Assembly (NCBI GenBank): GCA_028534125.1 | Contig: CM052832.1 | Coordinates: forward strand, 20,648,001 to 20,712,000 | Direction: 5' to 3' | Length of the DNA stretch: 64,000 bases | DNA from: Lama glama | Lineage: Eukaryota | Shown: one piece after another, positions 51,463 to 64,000 of the stretch | Numbering within the stretch: position 1 is the first letter of the stretch | Layout: every line of letters begins with the position of its first letter | Program-made: the position numbers and the translations under genes | The notes under the pieces: generated by a model | Seen by the model: only the letters and a program-made list of their open reading frames with translations | What the model was told of the DNA's origin: nothing | The model's database searches: none

Positions 51463-53557
51463 AAGAATGGATATAAACTGCCATCCACAAATTGAGCTTT
51501 TTTTTAGGTTTGAAAATTTTCAATAAATTTTCTCTGGATGAGGTCATGCCTGGGTGAGCATTATATATACCCCTAGTTGGTAAAGACCAATATGGATATC
51601 TGCTGAGAGCACTGCCCTGACAGTATTCATGACCCACCTAATCCCACAGGTCTCCCCAGGCTCACAAGAAAACTTAGTTTCTCTTGAGATGCCCAAGTTG
51701 TCATGGCATAGCAGGAAAACTGGAGTACAAACAGGTACTTAAATCTAAGTGTAAGATTTGATGGCTACTTAAAGCAAATTGAGCTTCTCAATTCGATGAG
51801 GTGCGCTCTTTTGAAATACTGGCATCAATCTGGAGCCCGGCACAAATAAAAAACAACAGGCGGAAACTCTGGATGAGGAATCATAGTGGAAAGGAACTGC
51901 CCGCTGGTTGGTAACATTGCCATATGGACATAAGGGGCAAAACAACAAAAGATCAAAGGGCACCCCAAAGAAGGGCGTGCTCAGTCTCATAACTGTGCCT
52001 GTGTGTGAACACACAGCCCGCTGTAAGGATAATAGCAGAAACATGTTTTTGCAAGTGAGGTTCAATGTTCGCCAACCAATGGGGGTGCCTGGCTGAACCT
52101 CAATATGCAAACACCTACTATTCATTTGTAAAAGATGCTACTGATGAATGGGATCTCAGATTTGTAGTAACAGCTAACAGATGCACAAGGGGAAAATGTT
52201 CTCAAAGAAGAGAAATTCAGTGCACTTCCAAACCTCAATTGTACTTACCTTATTTGGGGTCTAGCACTATCAACCCTTTCTGTGGCTAAAGTCCAAAGGG
52301 AAAAAAAAATTACCAACCCTTACATTGGGTCAGAGGCTGAGCTGAGAATGAACTACTCTTTATCCCAAACTTCAAGTGTCAGTGCTAACTATGAAATTTG
52401 GTGAGGTTATTTTTTCATGAGGAACAATTTCAACCTTTGTAACAAGAGAATAGCTTTCTCTAAGCATTGCTAATTCTTGAAATCATTCATTCTCCTCTTT
52501 AAAGAGGTCAGTAAGCCTTTCAAAAACAGACAGCCTCACTCTACATTTACCACAACTATCTCAACTGTAAAGTTTTAAACAAATTTAGTATTTGTTAATA
52601 GTGATGTATTGTCAGCCACTGTTAACACATAGGAGAAAAGAAATAATGAATAGAAGTAATGATATTACAAAATGCAGGAAAGGCAGGGTCCATCTCAAAC
52701 TATATAATTGTCCAGACAGTCTTAGTCCAAATCACCACTTTTTAAAGTTATTCAATGACTTCCTTAGGAAAATAAACAGAACAAGCTTTGAAGGAGTCCT
52801 TTCCTGCATTCAGAAAACAAAATGACCAAGACACAACCTTCAACACCTAATTATGTTATTAGATTTAATGTTTGCAATTATCTGGGGTTTTATAGTCTCA
52901 AAGTGCTTTGTAACCTTTAATTAGTCATCTTCCCGAGTCCAGCTCCATTTTTAGATGAGAGCACAGAAGCATGTAAGTTGTGATGTTTCCCTCCTGTGGC
53001 CCAGTAAGTCAGAACTCCAGTTCAGAAAAACCAAGTATGTCTCTAAAACAGAATCAACACACAGGCACTGGGTTGGGATTCGCCTTTCACTCTGCAACTG
53101 GACTCACTGGCTTGGATTTTTTTCCTCCTTCAGTGTGAGCGTATGCAACATTTTATCACCAGATGTAGGGTTTTTTCATTAGTCAACTTTTCCTTATATT
53201 TTCCCTTGTGCTATAACTGCCAACCAAATATAAGTACAATAAATATTTCCCCCTTATCACATCCCTTACCTCCCAGTTCTCCTGCCCACTTGCCCTCATC
53301 TGGGGACAACAGTACTTTAGAATAATATTTCTATAGCATTTGTAGGATTAATTCGATTAAGAGCATGCATGTGAGTGTGCGTATTGTGTATGTGTGTATG
53401 TTAGAGCAAGTGTGGTTAGGAATTGTATCAAACTCAAGAACTCCAGTTGAAGCAGTTTTATAAACCTTAAAGATGTCATTTAAATCACCAACAGGGAGTT
53501 TTAAGAAAGTAGGCGAGAGAGATTGTGGGCATCCTCACATGCCTTTTTCTGACTCAC

Positions 53558-54400
53558 CTTCCAGCTGCTGAGCAGAGGGATCAAGGTGGGTGAGCAGCTT
53601 ACCCCAGGCCCTATGGCGCTGTATCCCAGCTGCCAGGATCCTCGTAGGGTCAGTGAGCAGGCGCATAGCTCATTCCATTTGTTACCATGAGAAATGGAGT
53701 CCCCCAGGGAAAATATGCACTCTCCATATGTTGGGCCCTGTGCAATGGTCTAGGTGAATCACAGCTGGGGAGAGATTGGGAAGGGGATGTGTCCTGACAC
53801 TTTATTTCCTCAGAGAGATCTGAGCGTCATTTCCAGCGCCAGTACAACGCCGTAAATGGACCACTAACCTGATCCAGCCAGGGAGATGGGAGGCTTGTAG
53901 GAGCTTTCTATTAAGTGCATCTGAATTCTATTGCTAAGGCTGCTGCAAAACTATCAGGAAGAAATGCTTTGATGTGTCTCCCCTCCGAGCGCTGTACACA
54001 ATTGAGACACCCTCCTGACTCTCCGCTCCTGGCCTCCCCCACCCACCCTCCTTCCACCCCCGTGCAGCTTGGCCATGCTGGATGCCTTCCTGCTCATATG
54101 AACCACACTTGCTGAAAAAGTGAAGCCAAAAGAAAGAGCCAGTAAAAACAGAAACAGCTGTAACAATTTTGCACAGCATGGTCTTGATTTCCTTGAGTTT
54201 CGTCTATGCTCCTCTTTTTTTCCTCCCTCCCTCTCTCTCCTTCTCCCTTTCTCTCTCCGGGTCCCTTTCCCACATACAACACCTTCAGTGTCCAGGCCTG
54301 AAGTGGAGCAAGACCTACTTTCCCCTTCCACAAACCCTTGGAATTCAGAAAGAAGGTTGGAGTTCATTTTGAATCACAAGCTCCCAAACCAGTAGATCCT
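53558..54400 (-). promoter_or_regulatory. Candidate promoter / first exon of an unidentified minus-strand gene
   Basis: Repeat-poor block with local CpG enrichment (~53610-54070), a purine tract on the minus strand (54209-54258) and a strong donor AAG|gtgagt at 53558. Inference only. Confidence 0.3.
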
Positions 54401-55950
54401 AGGGTAGGCTGAAACCGAGGAAATGAGTTGAGAATCTTGCCTCCAAAGACAGGTGCAAAATTTTTTTTCCAACAAAAATAACAGACCCGGCTATCCAATT
54501 TGCTCCTGCTGAGGCTGCTGTGGCCAGCGGGGGTGCCTGTTGGTGGTGGGGCCCACAGAAGCCGTCTTTTGCATTCAGCTCTGTGTGTTTGCATTCGCCT
54601 CTCCAAATGGAACCTGTCCTGGAGTCTTGACTGGACTGTTATTTCCAGGAGCCTCACTTCACAGCTATGGCCTCAAAACCCAGACAGGTGAAGGGAGCGT
54701 GTAAATGCAAAAACAGCTACTGGAGGAACCGTATTAGTGGTTTCAGAAAAGAGAAAGAACAACTCCAAACACTAAGCAAATACAGCAGGAAAGATTAACA
54801 CCAGATTGCGATCAGTGCCTTCTTTCCTGTCCATGCAGGCTCAGGAACCCTGGGAATGTTCACTTTCCTCTTAAAATGCATCACGAATCAAAGATATGCC
54901 TCTTTTAAGTCCTGTCTTCAGCAGGTGCTGCATCCCAAACCCACGTTCCAGTTAAAATGCTTGCAGTGGGTGGCACTGATGTCTAATGGTTATAAAAGCC
55001 TCCTTTTTACTTGTTTTTTCCTTTTTCTTTTCCTAATACATTGGGTGGTATATGTTGTTTTGTTTCCCTCCAGCTGCTTCCTTTCTTTCCCTGTGTTCTG
55101 AGACCAGCCCCAGTCTGAGGCTGAGCTGGATCTGGGCTAAACAGAATGGAGGACTGGTGGAAATAAAAGTCCTTTCATGGGGGCACAGCCCTGTTTTTCA
55201 GATGGTGTGAAGCAGATCTGTAGTTTATTATTAATAATAGCACATGCGTGACACCCCATCTTCAAAGGGCTGCATGAACATTCATTCTTTTGTGATGTGA
55301 AAAAAAAAAGCAGCAGCAAGTGTCCTTTTTTAAATCTCGCAGTCCTCTGGAGAGGGGTGAAAAAACCTAGTTTCAGCCCCACATGAATGAATCCAGCCCC
55401 AGAGCTCTGGGATCCAGGTCCAATGGGGAAGCATTTTGAAAAAAAAAAAAATCAGGAGTTTTATCTTAACTATACAGCATGTTCCAAATTCTACACTCTT
55501 TCAAACTCATGTGGAAGTCTTCCCAAAAGAAACTGCGGTATCTTTGTTCCAGGAGTGAAACAAACAGCATAAGAGAAGTGAGAAGACAGCAGTACCAGCA
55601 TGCATTTTCTATGTTGAGGGAATCTGAGCTGAGGTCTCCAGGAGAAAGAGAATTCTCACCGGTTTGACAAAGCTTGCCCTTCAACTTCTTTTTCTTTTTC
55701 TTTCTTTTTTTTTTTTTTTTTTTGCTCAAAGTCACACTCTTCTATTAAAAAGTGACAATTAATAGCCCATTTTGCAGGAATTCAAAAAGAGACTCGAGAG
55801 GCTGTTTCTTCCACTGGACTTCCTAAATGGGCCCTTCAGTTTTTCATATATTGGAAGGTTCTTTTCCCCCTGTGTATTCTTTCTCATTTCCACCCCTGCC
55901 TTCCTGACAGGAATCATCACCGCCATCCTGAATTCTGTGGTGAGTGTTCT

Positions 55951-56495
55951 TGTAGCAGATTGATTGCATTCACAGCTCCACTAATGTCCTCCCACGGCCT
56001 CTGGCCTGTAACATTATTGTCCCTGTCTATTCTGAGCCCAGGCTGGATCACGTAACTTGCTTTTGCCAACAGGATGTAAGCAAACGCGATGCAAGTAGAG
56101 CTGTGGAAAGCACGTGCCTCTTCCTCCTTGCCCCTTTGCAGGAATGTGCTTGCTTGTCCTTTCCCTCCGGGGCTGGCCATGAGAGCAGGGCCAGGCTAGC
56201 CCACTGATGGTGACAGACACGTGAGGCAGAGCTGTTCACACTAGATCATGTTTATCTTAGCTCAGTCGATAGCCAAGCTGAGAACAGGTGTCAACCAAGA
56301 CTAGCAGAACCATCTGGGTTACCTGTAGCCCCCACGAAGTATGAGCAAGCCTAACCCAGATCAGCAGAGCACCAGCAGGATCAGATGAATGCAGCAGACT
56401 TGTGAGCTAGATATTAGCACCTGTCTCTTTCATGAAGCCAATACGTTTTGAGGTCGTCATTTACAGAATTGTTTTGGCAACAGATTACTTATACA
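55951..56495 (+). mobile_element. MaLR solo LTR (MLT1H/I-like)
   Basis: TG...CA termini with a 5-bp TSD gttct (55946-55950)/attct (56496-56500); motifs cacgtaacttgcttttgccaacaggatg, ccagatcagcaga and ggcaacagattacttataca. Confidence 0.85.
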
Positions 56496-56599
56496 ATTCT
56501 CCTCCACTTAAAAAAAAAATCACAAATGCTTATGGTGCTGAAAAATACAGCATTTGGTCCTGCCTATTTGTTTCTCTGTTTTTTAGTTTTTTGATAATT

Positions 56600-56975
56600 T
56601 TATCACACGTCCTTTCCTTTGTGACCTGTTTCTTTCACTTACCATTATACTTCTTACTCTCATCTGCGTAGTTTCACGTAGCTATAGGGATTAATTTTCA
56701 CTGTTATTTAATCTTTCGGTGAATATAAATCGTTTCCTCCATTCTTCTGTTGCTGGGCATTTGGCTTTTGACATTTGGGCTGTTTTCAGTTTGAAGTTAG
56801 TATAAACAATAAATCCACTCACATATGTCTCTAAAAGAGCATTTGCAAGTTTCTCCAGAGTAAATATTCTTAGGAGTACAACAGCAGAACTCTGAAGTAT
56901 GAGAACGTCCAAATTTTGAAGCTCTTGCCAAATTAGTTTCCAAATTGGTAGTAACAATCTGTACATCCATCAGTA
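56600..56975 (-). mobile_element. Old L1 (L1ME-like) ORF2 3' end
   Basis: ccattcttctgttgctgggcattt...gacatttgggctgttttcagttt...ttgccaaattagtttccaaattggtagtaacaat. Confidence 0.8.
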
Positions 56976-57214
56976 TCTATCTTCCAAAGCCCCCTCCCCT
57001 GCATCAAGCCAGCAGAAACAGAAGGAGCAGGTAGGAGCCCTTGTGAGAGGTCGCAATGGCTGAGTCCTGGAAGTGGCACACGTCTCCTCTGGTCATTGCC
57101 ATTGGCTCAGACTAAGACATGTGCCACTGGGAAATGTCATTTAAGAGGAGGAACTGAAGTCCTTTATGCTTTGGTATAGCTTCTATTCCTTCTAATATTA
57201 AAATAATACCTTTT

Positions 57215-57450
57215 ATTAGGTAAGAACTCTACAGTCAAAGTACATTCATCCAAAGTGTCTTGCTTTCACCGACCCTCTAGAGAAATACGATCAGTTATCA
57301 TTATCCTCATTTTATAAGTGAGGAAACTAGGACTCAGTGTGGTTGGTTAAAAGACTTGCCCAAGGTCACAAAGTTAGTAATTTGCTAGAACCAGTGTATA
57401 ATCTCAACTCTTGTTCCCCAAAGTCGTGTCCTATTTCTAGTATAATTAAC
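57215..57450 (-). mobile_element. MIR SINE
   Basis: ttatcctcattttataagtgaggaaactaggactcag...gacttgcccaaggtcacaaagttagtaa. Confidence 0.85.
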
Positions 57451-57699
57451 CTTTCTTTTCCCACATATTCACTCATTCAACAACTGAAATTAATTTTTGT
57501 ATAAGTACTACATGTCTACTGTAATGAGCCTTCCTTCCAAAAACACAAAAAACGAACATCACAAGGGCCCTGCCATTGGAATCCCACAATCCTTCTAGCT
57601 CTTGTTATCTCCATGTCCTCACTTTACACTAACAGCTGATGTTCGTGTTATGTTTATATTCATGCTAAGTTCACCAGTAACTTGCAGTTCCGTAAATAT

Positions 57700-58510
57700 A
57701 GTGGATATAGTTCAGTCCTCGTATTATTTAAAAGCTGTTAAATCATTCCAAATTGTGACCCCCCTCCTTGTAATGCTGTCTTCCTTTTAACTCCTGTGAT
57801 CTCATATTCTCCTGATTTCCCTTGTACCTCTCTGTTTAATAATTTAAAGTACAGCTCTCTTACCCTCCTCTAACCAGTGTTGGTATATTGAGAACACCCC
57901 AACTCTGCCTACCAAAACTAGAGCTTTCTTTAGAGACCCAACTGCAATGTCATTTTCTCGGTGAATCTTCACCAAATTCCCCAGGCAAATGGAATACCCC
58001 TTCTACTTAGCAAAACTTGACTCTTATCCCTTTCACAGCACTGGTCACATTCCACCTTATATTAGTTGTCCAGTTATCAAAAGTCTTACCAATGGAACTA
58101 AATTCCTTTAAGGTTCAATCCTGGCATGTCTTTTCTTCTCAATCTATATTCTCATTTTTGGCTAAAGATCTTTTTAAATGCTGTTTCCTCCACCTGGAAG
58201 ACTCCCTCTCTCTTTCACCTGATTAATTCCTAAACATCTTTCAGATCTCAGTCAAAATCACTTTCTCACAGAAGCCTTTCCTGACTCTGACACAGCTCGG
58301 GTCTTCTTGTTATGTGCATATGTGGCACCATGTGCTCTTCCCTCCCAACATGTGTCCCCATTGTAGTGCAACATTTAACTGTGAAATTCATGTCATGTCT
58401 GTTTTTCTATCAAAATTTAAGTCCTGAGAGTAAAACATCCCTGTGTGTATGCTTCACTGCTGTCTGTTCTTTGCACCCAGCAGGTCTTCATTAGGTGTTT
58501 GTTGAATATT
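57700..58510 (+). mobile_element. L2 fragments ending in an L2 3' tail
   Basis: tgctgtttcctccacctggaagactc...catctttcagatctcag...gaagcctttcctgact...ggtgtttgttgaat. Confidence 0.75.
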
Positions 58511-60052
58511 AAAACGATTGTATTACTGCAGTAAAATCTCAATGAAATTTCACATGCTACCTCCCACAACTTACAGTGGACTAAAATCACTGAGGTTTTT
58601 TTCTTCCACCCAAACGCTTATGCCTAATTATTTGGACATAATTGTAGAACTGTAAATGCATTTGCTTTTAATCATCATCTTAGTAGCTTGAAACCACTGG
58701 ATTTGCAATCTGTTATTCAACACACACTAGCCCTCCCACTTTCACGTCATATAATGTGATAATCAAGTCATTGACAAAAAAGGCTGACTAGGGCTCTGAA
58801 CCGGCCACGTGAATCCACTTCATCCTACAGGATTATGATACTTTACCACAGAAGTTCAATTTCTGAGCTGTATTATCCTCACCATGGCGGATACCCGAAG
58901 GAGAGTCTACAACACAGAATCCTTCCACTATGTATGAATACCTAATCTCTTTGCTGAGGTCCAAAAGAAAGGACACCGCCTGATGAATCGTTACCTAATT
59001 TTTCTAGACAAAAGTACCATCTCCCTCCCTGCTGCCTCCTAATTTTGTTCTCACCATTTTTACCTTACTGACCACATTCTGGCTTATATCATAGTGAATT
59101 AATTGGACAACACCAATTCCCACTACTTAAATTCAGTTCCTTCAGGGCAACAAGAGCTACACTCAGTGCATTGAAGTTACTAGTTACTGAGTATCTCAAC
59201 CATGCCAGAAACTGGTGTTTTACATACACCACCTCACTTCTTTGTGTGATACATCACTGTAAGCATCTCAGAGATGGAGAAACTGAATCTCTCAGAATCT
59301 GCTCTTCTTCCTACTCTTCCCATAGCATGGGTCCTTGCACATAACACAATGAATGACAAGTTGAGGTTAATGACAATTTACATGAATTCCATCCTCCCAG
59401 GGACTTTGGTCCCCAAATGACATTAAATCCTGGATTAGATGATGACTGGGCTAAATCTGAACTGCTATTCCAGATACAAGTTACCTAATGCGTACTTAAT
59501 TTTCTCTTTCAACAAGAGGATGCATTCTATACAGCTTCAAGCAAATAGAGACAGGACAGGTATGTTATTTGGAAAAACACTATTGAAGGAAACAAAAGTA
59601 TGCAAATTATGCCTCTTCTGTATACTTTAAGACCCATTTTTAAACTGGTAAACGTCTTCAAGGTGACATACTGACATTCTGAAATAATTCTTCTTACTAG
59701 AGTACACTGACTATAGCTCAGCCTTGTAAATGGAAGACCAAAGAGATAAAAACAGTATCCTGTAACAGTAGAGTTATTATTTCTATCAAGGATTTTCATG
59801 AGTGAAGCTAGACAGATACACTGTGAGATAGAGCAGGTAATGAAGAGTATAAAAGATTCAAGCAAAGAAGCTACACAACAAATCGGTAATTTTCTTTTTG
59901 AGAAAGCCACAAACAAAAACTCAGCCTGAGATCACATTTTATACACAGATTTGCACAATCTTGGAAATGTAAAGGATTTTCTAATCTAATTTCCCTTCAT
60001 AGTTGAGAAAACTTAGGCCAAAAGAAGTGAAAATGAGTTTCCCAAATCAACG

Positions 60053-60212
60053 AACAAGATCATACTACATAGCACAGGGAACTATATTCAATATCTTGTA
60101 GTAACTTACGGTGAGAAAGAATATGAAAATGAATATATGTATGTTCCTATATGACTGAAGTATTGTGCTGTACACCAGAAATTGCCACAACATTGTAAAC
60201 TGACTACACTTC

Positions 60213-60263
<51 letters not shown>

Positions 60264-60268
60264 TGATT
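60053..60268 (+). mobile_element. Young camelid-type L1 3' end with a (GATA)12 tail, inserted in a MIR
   Basis: aacaagatcatactacatagcacagggaactatattcaatatcttgtagtaac...cattgtaaactgactacacttc, then (gata)12 at 60213-60260; MIR-like sequence on both sides. Confidence 0.92.
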
Positions 60269-60689
60269 TATAAAGAGCAGTTATGTTAGAACTCAGATGA
60301 GAGCCTGGTGTCAGGCTTTAGAGTCCAGCTGGTCCATCTCTGCTGCCTATCCACACTCTTGCAAATTGGTACCTGCAATTCATGACTTTACGTGGATGAC
60401 TCCCTAGGTGTGACCAGCTGGCTTCTTGTGTCCTCATTTGCCTGTGTGATGTTTCTGTCTTGTACAGTAATCTTACTTCACTTGTCAGGACAAAGATTCT
60501 TCAGTGCAGTGGGCACTGATTCCACTGTCTGTGCATCTCACACAGGGCTGGTTCAGTCACTCTTCCCTTCAGCAAGCCTGGCCAAGACTTTTTTTTTTGC
60601 TGTTACATGCCTGTTTATTAACACAGCATTGTTTAAACTCATATACGTTGTTTTACAGCTGGCCCTTTTCTATTCTATAGGTCTTTCTC

Positions 60690-60767
60690 GTTATTTTTAT
60701 TTTTTTATTGAAGTATAGTTAGTTTACAATGTGCTGATTTCTGGTGTACAGCATAGTGATTCAGTTT

Positions 60768-60808
<41 letters not shown>

Positions 60809-61146
60809 ATACCTTTTTACATTCTTTTTCATTACAGGCTATTATAAGATATTGAGTATAGTTCCCTGTGCTACAAAGTAGGAACTTGTCTTCTATTTTC
60901 TATATAGTAGCTAGTATCTGCAAATCCAGAGCCCCCAATTTATCCCTCTACCTCCTCTTCCCCTCTGGTAACCTCAAGTTTGTTTTCTATGTCTGTGAGT
61001 CTGTTTCTGTTTTGTAAATAAGTTTCAACAATATGGACGGACCTGGAGATTGTCATACTAAATGAAGGAAGCCAGAAAGAGAAAGAAAAATATCATACGG
61101 TGTCATTCATATGTGGAATGTAAAAAAATGAGACAAACAAACTTAT
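60690..61146 (-). mobile_element. Young L1 with a 5' inversion; internal (AC)15 at 60771-60800
   Basis: 60690-61025 is an antisense L1 3' UTR with poly(T); 61026-61146 is the adjacent upstream L1 segment in the opposite orientation. Confidence 0.9.
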
Positions 61147-61184
61147 AGAGAGACTCCTTTAACACAAGATGCAGCATGACATTG

Positions 61185-61388
61185 CAGGCAGGGAACAGCC
61201 TGGACTTTGGAATCTGACATCATGGATGTCAATCCTGCTTCTGGTTGTACTATCTGCATGAGGTTCACAATTTCTTTCTGATCCTCAGTTTCCTCATCTT
61301 TAAAATGGGAGAAATAATAGAGACTGTACATTGTTGTGATGGGGACCAAATGAGGTAATGCATGAATTGTGTTTACCACCTGGAAGGT
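61185..61388 (+). mobile_element. MIR SINE
   Basis: tggactttggaatctgac...cctcagtttcctcatctttaaaatgggagaaataatag...aaatgaggtaatgcatg. Confidence 0.88.
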
Positions 61389-61391
61389 GAC

Positions 61392-61589
61392 TGTTGTCAG
61401 AATACATGCTCTCCAGAATACTGGGCCCAAGGCCTCCAGGTAAACAAAGGCAGTTTCCTCAGTGTCAACTTTTGACAACTTTTGTCAACTTTTCTCAGAG
61501 AAAACACTCTAAAGGCTTAGAGATTAGCTCCTAGGAGACAAGGACAAAGGCCAGACTTCTCTTTGGATGAAGTTGAGTTCTTTACTACA
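61392..61589 (-). mobile_element. MER21/MER77-like LTR fragment containing a 10-bp x3 tandem (61463-61492)
   Basis: Terminal ggacaaaggccagacttctctttggatgaagttgagttctttactaca; internal tgtcaacttt-tgacaacttt-tgtcaacttt. Confidence 0.6.
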
Positions 61590-61669
61590 CTGCTGGATAG
61601 CTGATTTTGCATGGGGATGCTCTCCTGTTGTAACTGTGCAATAAGAAAATCTTGTAGTGTGGTTATACA

Positions 61670-61910
61670 TGAAACAAACATTTGTTAAGCATTTATTTTA
61701 TTCTAGTCTTTCTCTGAAATGTTTTTCCTCCATTGTCTCCATTAATCCTTACTTCAGCTGCATGAGGTGGACACTATTTTTAATGGCATTTGGAGATAAG
61801 GAAATGGAGGCTTGCCTAAAATTTCAGAGCTACTGACTGGTAGAGAGGGAAGACATACAAGTGCTACTGGAGTCCAGGATTCATACTTATAATTGCTATA
61901 TTGCAAACAT
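61670..61910 (-). mobile_element. MIR SINE
   Basis: aacatttgttaagcattt...cattaatcctta...gataaggaaatggaggcttgcc. Confidence 0.7.
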
Positions 61911-64000
61911 ATTGCCTTTTCCACTTAAATCAGGTGTTCACAGGCAGGTGCATAGCCAAAGAAGCAAGGTTGTTGAATGAAAATTGTCCAGTCCTGCCAT
62001 TTTCTTCCATTATATATATGAATTAAGAATGTTACAACATGAAACTCTTCTTGCTATACATTTAACAGAAATAAATATAAGGCAGAAAGACATGAAGACT
62101 TAGCATGAGCTCATGGTGCCTTGATCAAAGAAGGCTTAGTCGACAAGAGTATTTCAAATGGTCTTTTTGTCTGGCATCCCAGAGGTCTGTACACCCTGGG
62201 GCATCACACAATGGTAAGATTCCAAATGAGTGAAAGGCATGCCTTTCTTTATAGAAGAGGATAAGGGTAATTCTGAAAGGGGAGGTGGGAAAGAGACCTG
62301 TATTTGAGTCTTCAAATACAAATGCTTTTTCAGAGAGAAAAATTTAGAAAAGAGAGCCTGAAAATTAAGAATTCGAGAATCTGAAAATTGTTTCCCTTAA
62401 AACTCTCTACATGAGCATAACCCTTGGAAATCATGTACCCAGGATACCTTGGTTTAGTAACAAGTAATATTTGTTGAATGATCCAATGTTTTAATAATTT
62501 TTTTAATTTGGGGCAAAGCATTCATTAACTTGCCATGTAACCAATGGTGTTGATAATCAGCAAATAAATTGGGATGAGAATCTCAAAAATGGAGTGAATA
62601 GATGAGGGATTTAATCTGAAGTCCAAGTGAAGGGAGTGTGACATGCAGAGAGAGAAGGCAGTTTTAATTCTTCTGAGGAATAGCGATTGTTAAGATGTTG
62701 CCCTAGAGGTGCTGTGAGAAAGAGGCCCTGCGCCAAACCAGGACAGAGGAGATGACGTAGTCTAACCTCGGGTAGCATGATGGCAGAATGTTTCAGCCCA
62801 CAGCCCTTTTTTAATGACAGAGATCTCCACCGTGGCCAGTAGGATCCAAAAGATGATGCCAACAATCGCAATACAAATGACAGATACAGGGGAACAACAC
62901 AGACCACCCCTAAACAACAAAAGGTATTCTTAATGAGAAATTATTTATGCCCCTACCTGCCTTAGTTCTACCTTTGACAGAGAAATTACTGGAAGAAGCA
63001 GCATAGGAGCTCAAACTCCTTCCAGGAAGCCAACTGGTGAGCACAAACCATGGAATTACCATGTGGGTCTAGAGTCACTTTTACGACCACATTGTGCCTC
63101 CTCACCCCTCAGGTGGGTGGCCTTGGAAATAGCAGTTACAATTGTGATTTTAAAGAAATATTAAATACAGATGTTCTTCCATCTCACTGCCTATAAACTC
63201 TATAAACAGGTAATTGTGAAATTTAACAGGTAAAACTGCCTTACTCAGAGGATTATTTTACAGTGATTAGAAAATAAGTGATTCTTAAAGAAATTTGGCC
63301 AAAACATTGTCAGTGCTTCATTGTACCCACACTCTACAAATACTCCAAAGTTGTGTTTTTAATAGAACAAAAAAGGTACTAAATTCATATCAATATAATG
63401 AGCTAAAAAGTGCAAATTTTAGTTAATTAACCAACTGTACTGTTACTATTTTAAAAAATGAAAGTATTCTGGAGTTGAGGAGGATTTGTTTTGGTTTGAT
63501 GCTGATTTATCCCACTGGATTGACAAAGTCCCTTGACTACTGAGTTTTATGTTACGTTGTTGCTATTCTACTTAATGTATCACAGTCCTTCAAATCTGAG
63601 CATTGTACGGTCCAGAAGAAGCATGTACAACCTCTCCTGGTACCTTTCAAACTTTTAGAGGAGGAAATAGGTTCCCCATTTCTAGAAAAGGAAACTTCCA
63701 CATCACAGGGAACACCAGCACAAGCAGGTATAGCTCAGATAAGGTGGAAAATAAAACCAAAAAGAGGGTTGACTCACAGCATTTTCCTCAAAGGAAGAGG
63801 TGTATGTTCAGCTTCCTTTTTATCAGCACTTAGAATTAACACTTGACTAAACCAAGTCTGTAGCAACAAGTAGAGGGTAAGGAAGGGCAGGGTGGGCAAT
63901 AGGCCCTGAGGTCATGAATAAAGGCTCTGGGGAGGGGAGAGTGGGAGGGCTGCAGCTTTAGTTGAAAGAATTTGCCTTTGTCCCCAATTCCAGGGCCTCC

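Noticed and set aside
58884..58937. accATGG start encoding MADTRRRV, resembling the PPP4R3/SMEK N-terminus
   Set aside because: Similarity ends after 8 residues and a stop follows at codon 18, so it looks coincidental.
62981..63036. Plus-strand exon-like segment (tttgacag| ... CTG|gtgagc)
   Set aside because: Isolated 56-nt segment with an unrecognised peptide and no partner exons; cannot be told apart from a pseudo-exon.
1..64000. CRISPR arrays, operons, prophage or other prokaryotic systems
   Set aside because: The sequence is mammalian and repeat-rich with no gene-dense ORFs. The short tandem repeats (9671, 61463) lack unique spacers.

Overview
This is AT-rich mammalian genomic DNA, not prokaryotic. 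Two tRNA-derived SINEs of the Vic-1 type and many young L1 3' ends of one shared type point to a camelid (camel/alpaca/llama); I saw no Alu, Bov-A/BovB or PRE-1 SINEs. The window is mostly interspersed repeats: MIR, L2, old and young L1, HAL1-like, MLT1 and ERV1 LTRs, hAT-Charlie MERs, a nearly full-length Tigger1 with a decayed transposase, and a Tigger1 deletion derivative. I recognise no intact protein-coding exon or RNA gene; the only identifiable ORF-track entries are transposon remnants. L1 orientation bias, a repeat-poor and mildly CpG-enriched block near 53.5-54.7 kb, and several consensus-like splice sites suggest the 5' end and intron(s) of an unidentified minus-strand gene, but that is inference. 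I found no convincing novel biological system. The best leads are unusual retrotransposition structures, an ~107-nt degenerate palindrome, and the candidate first exon. Repeat family names come from recalled consensus motifs, and boundaries are approximate unless a TSD or TIR is given.
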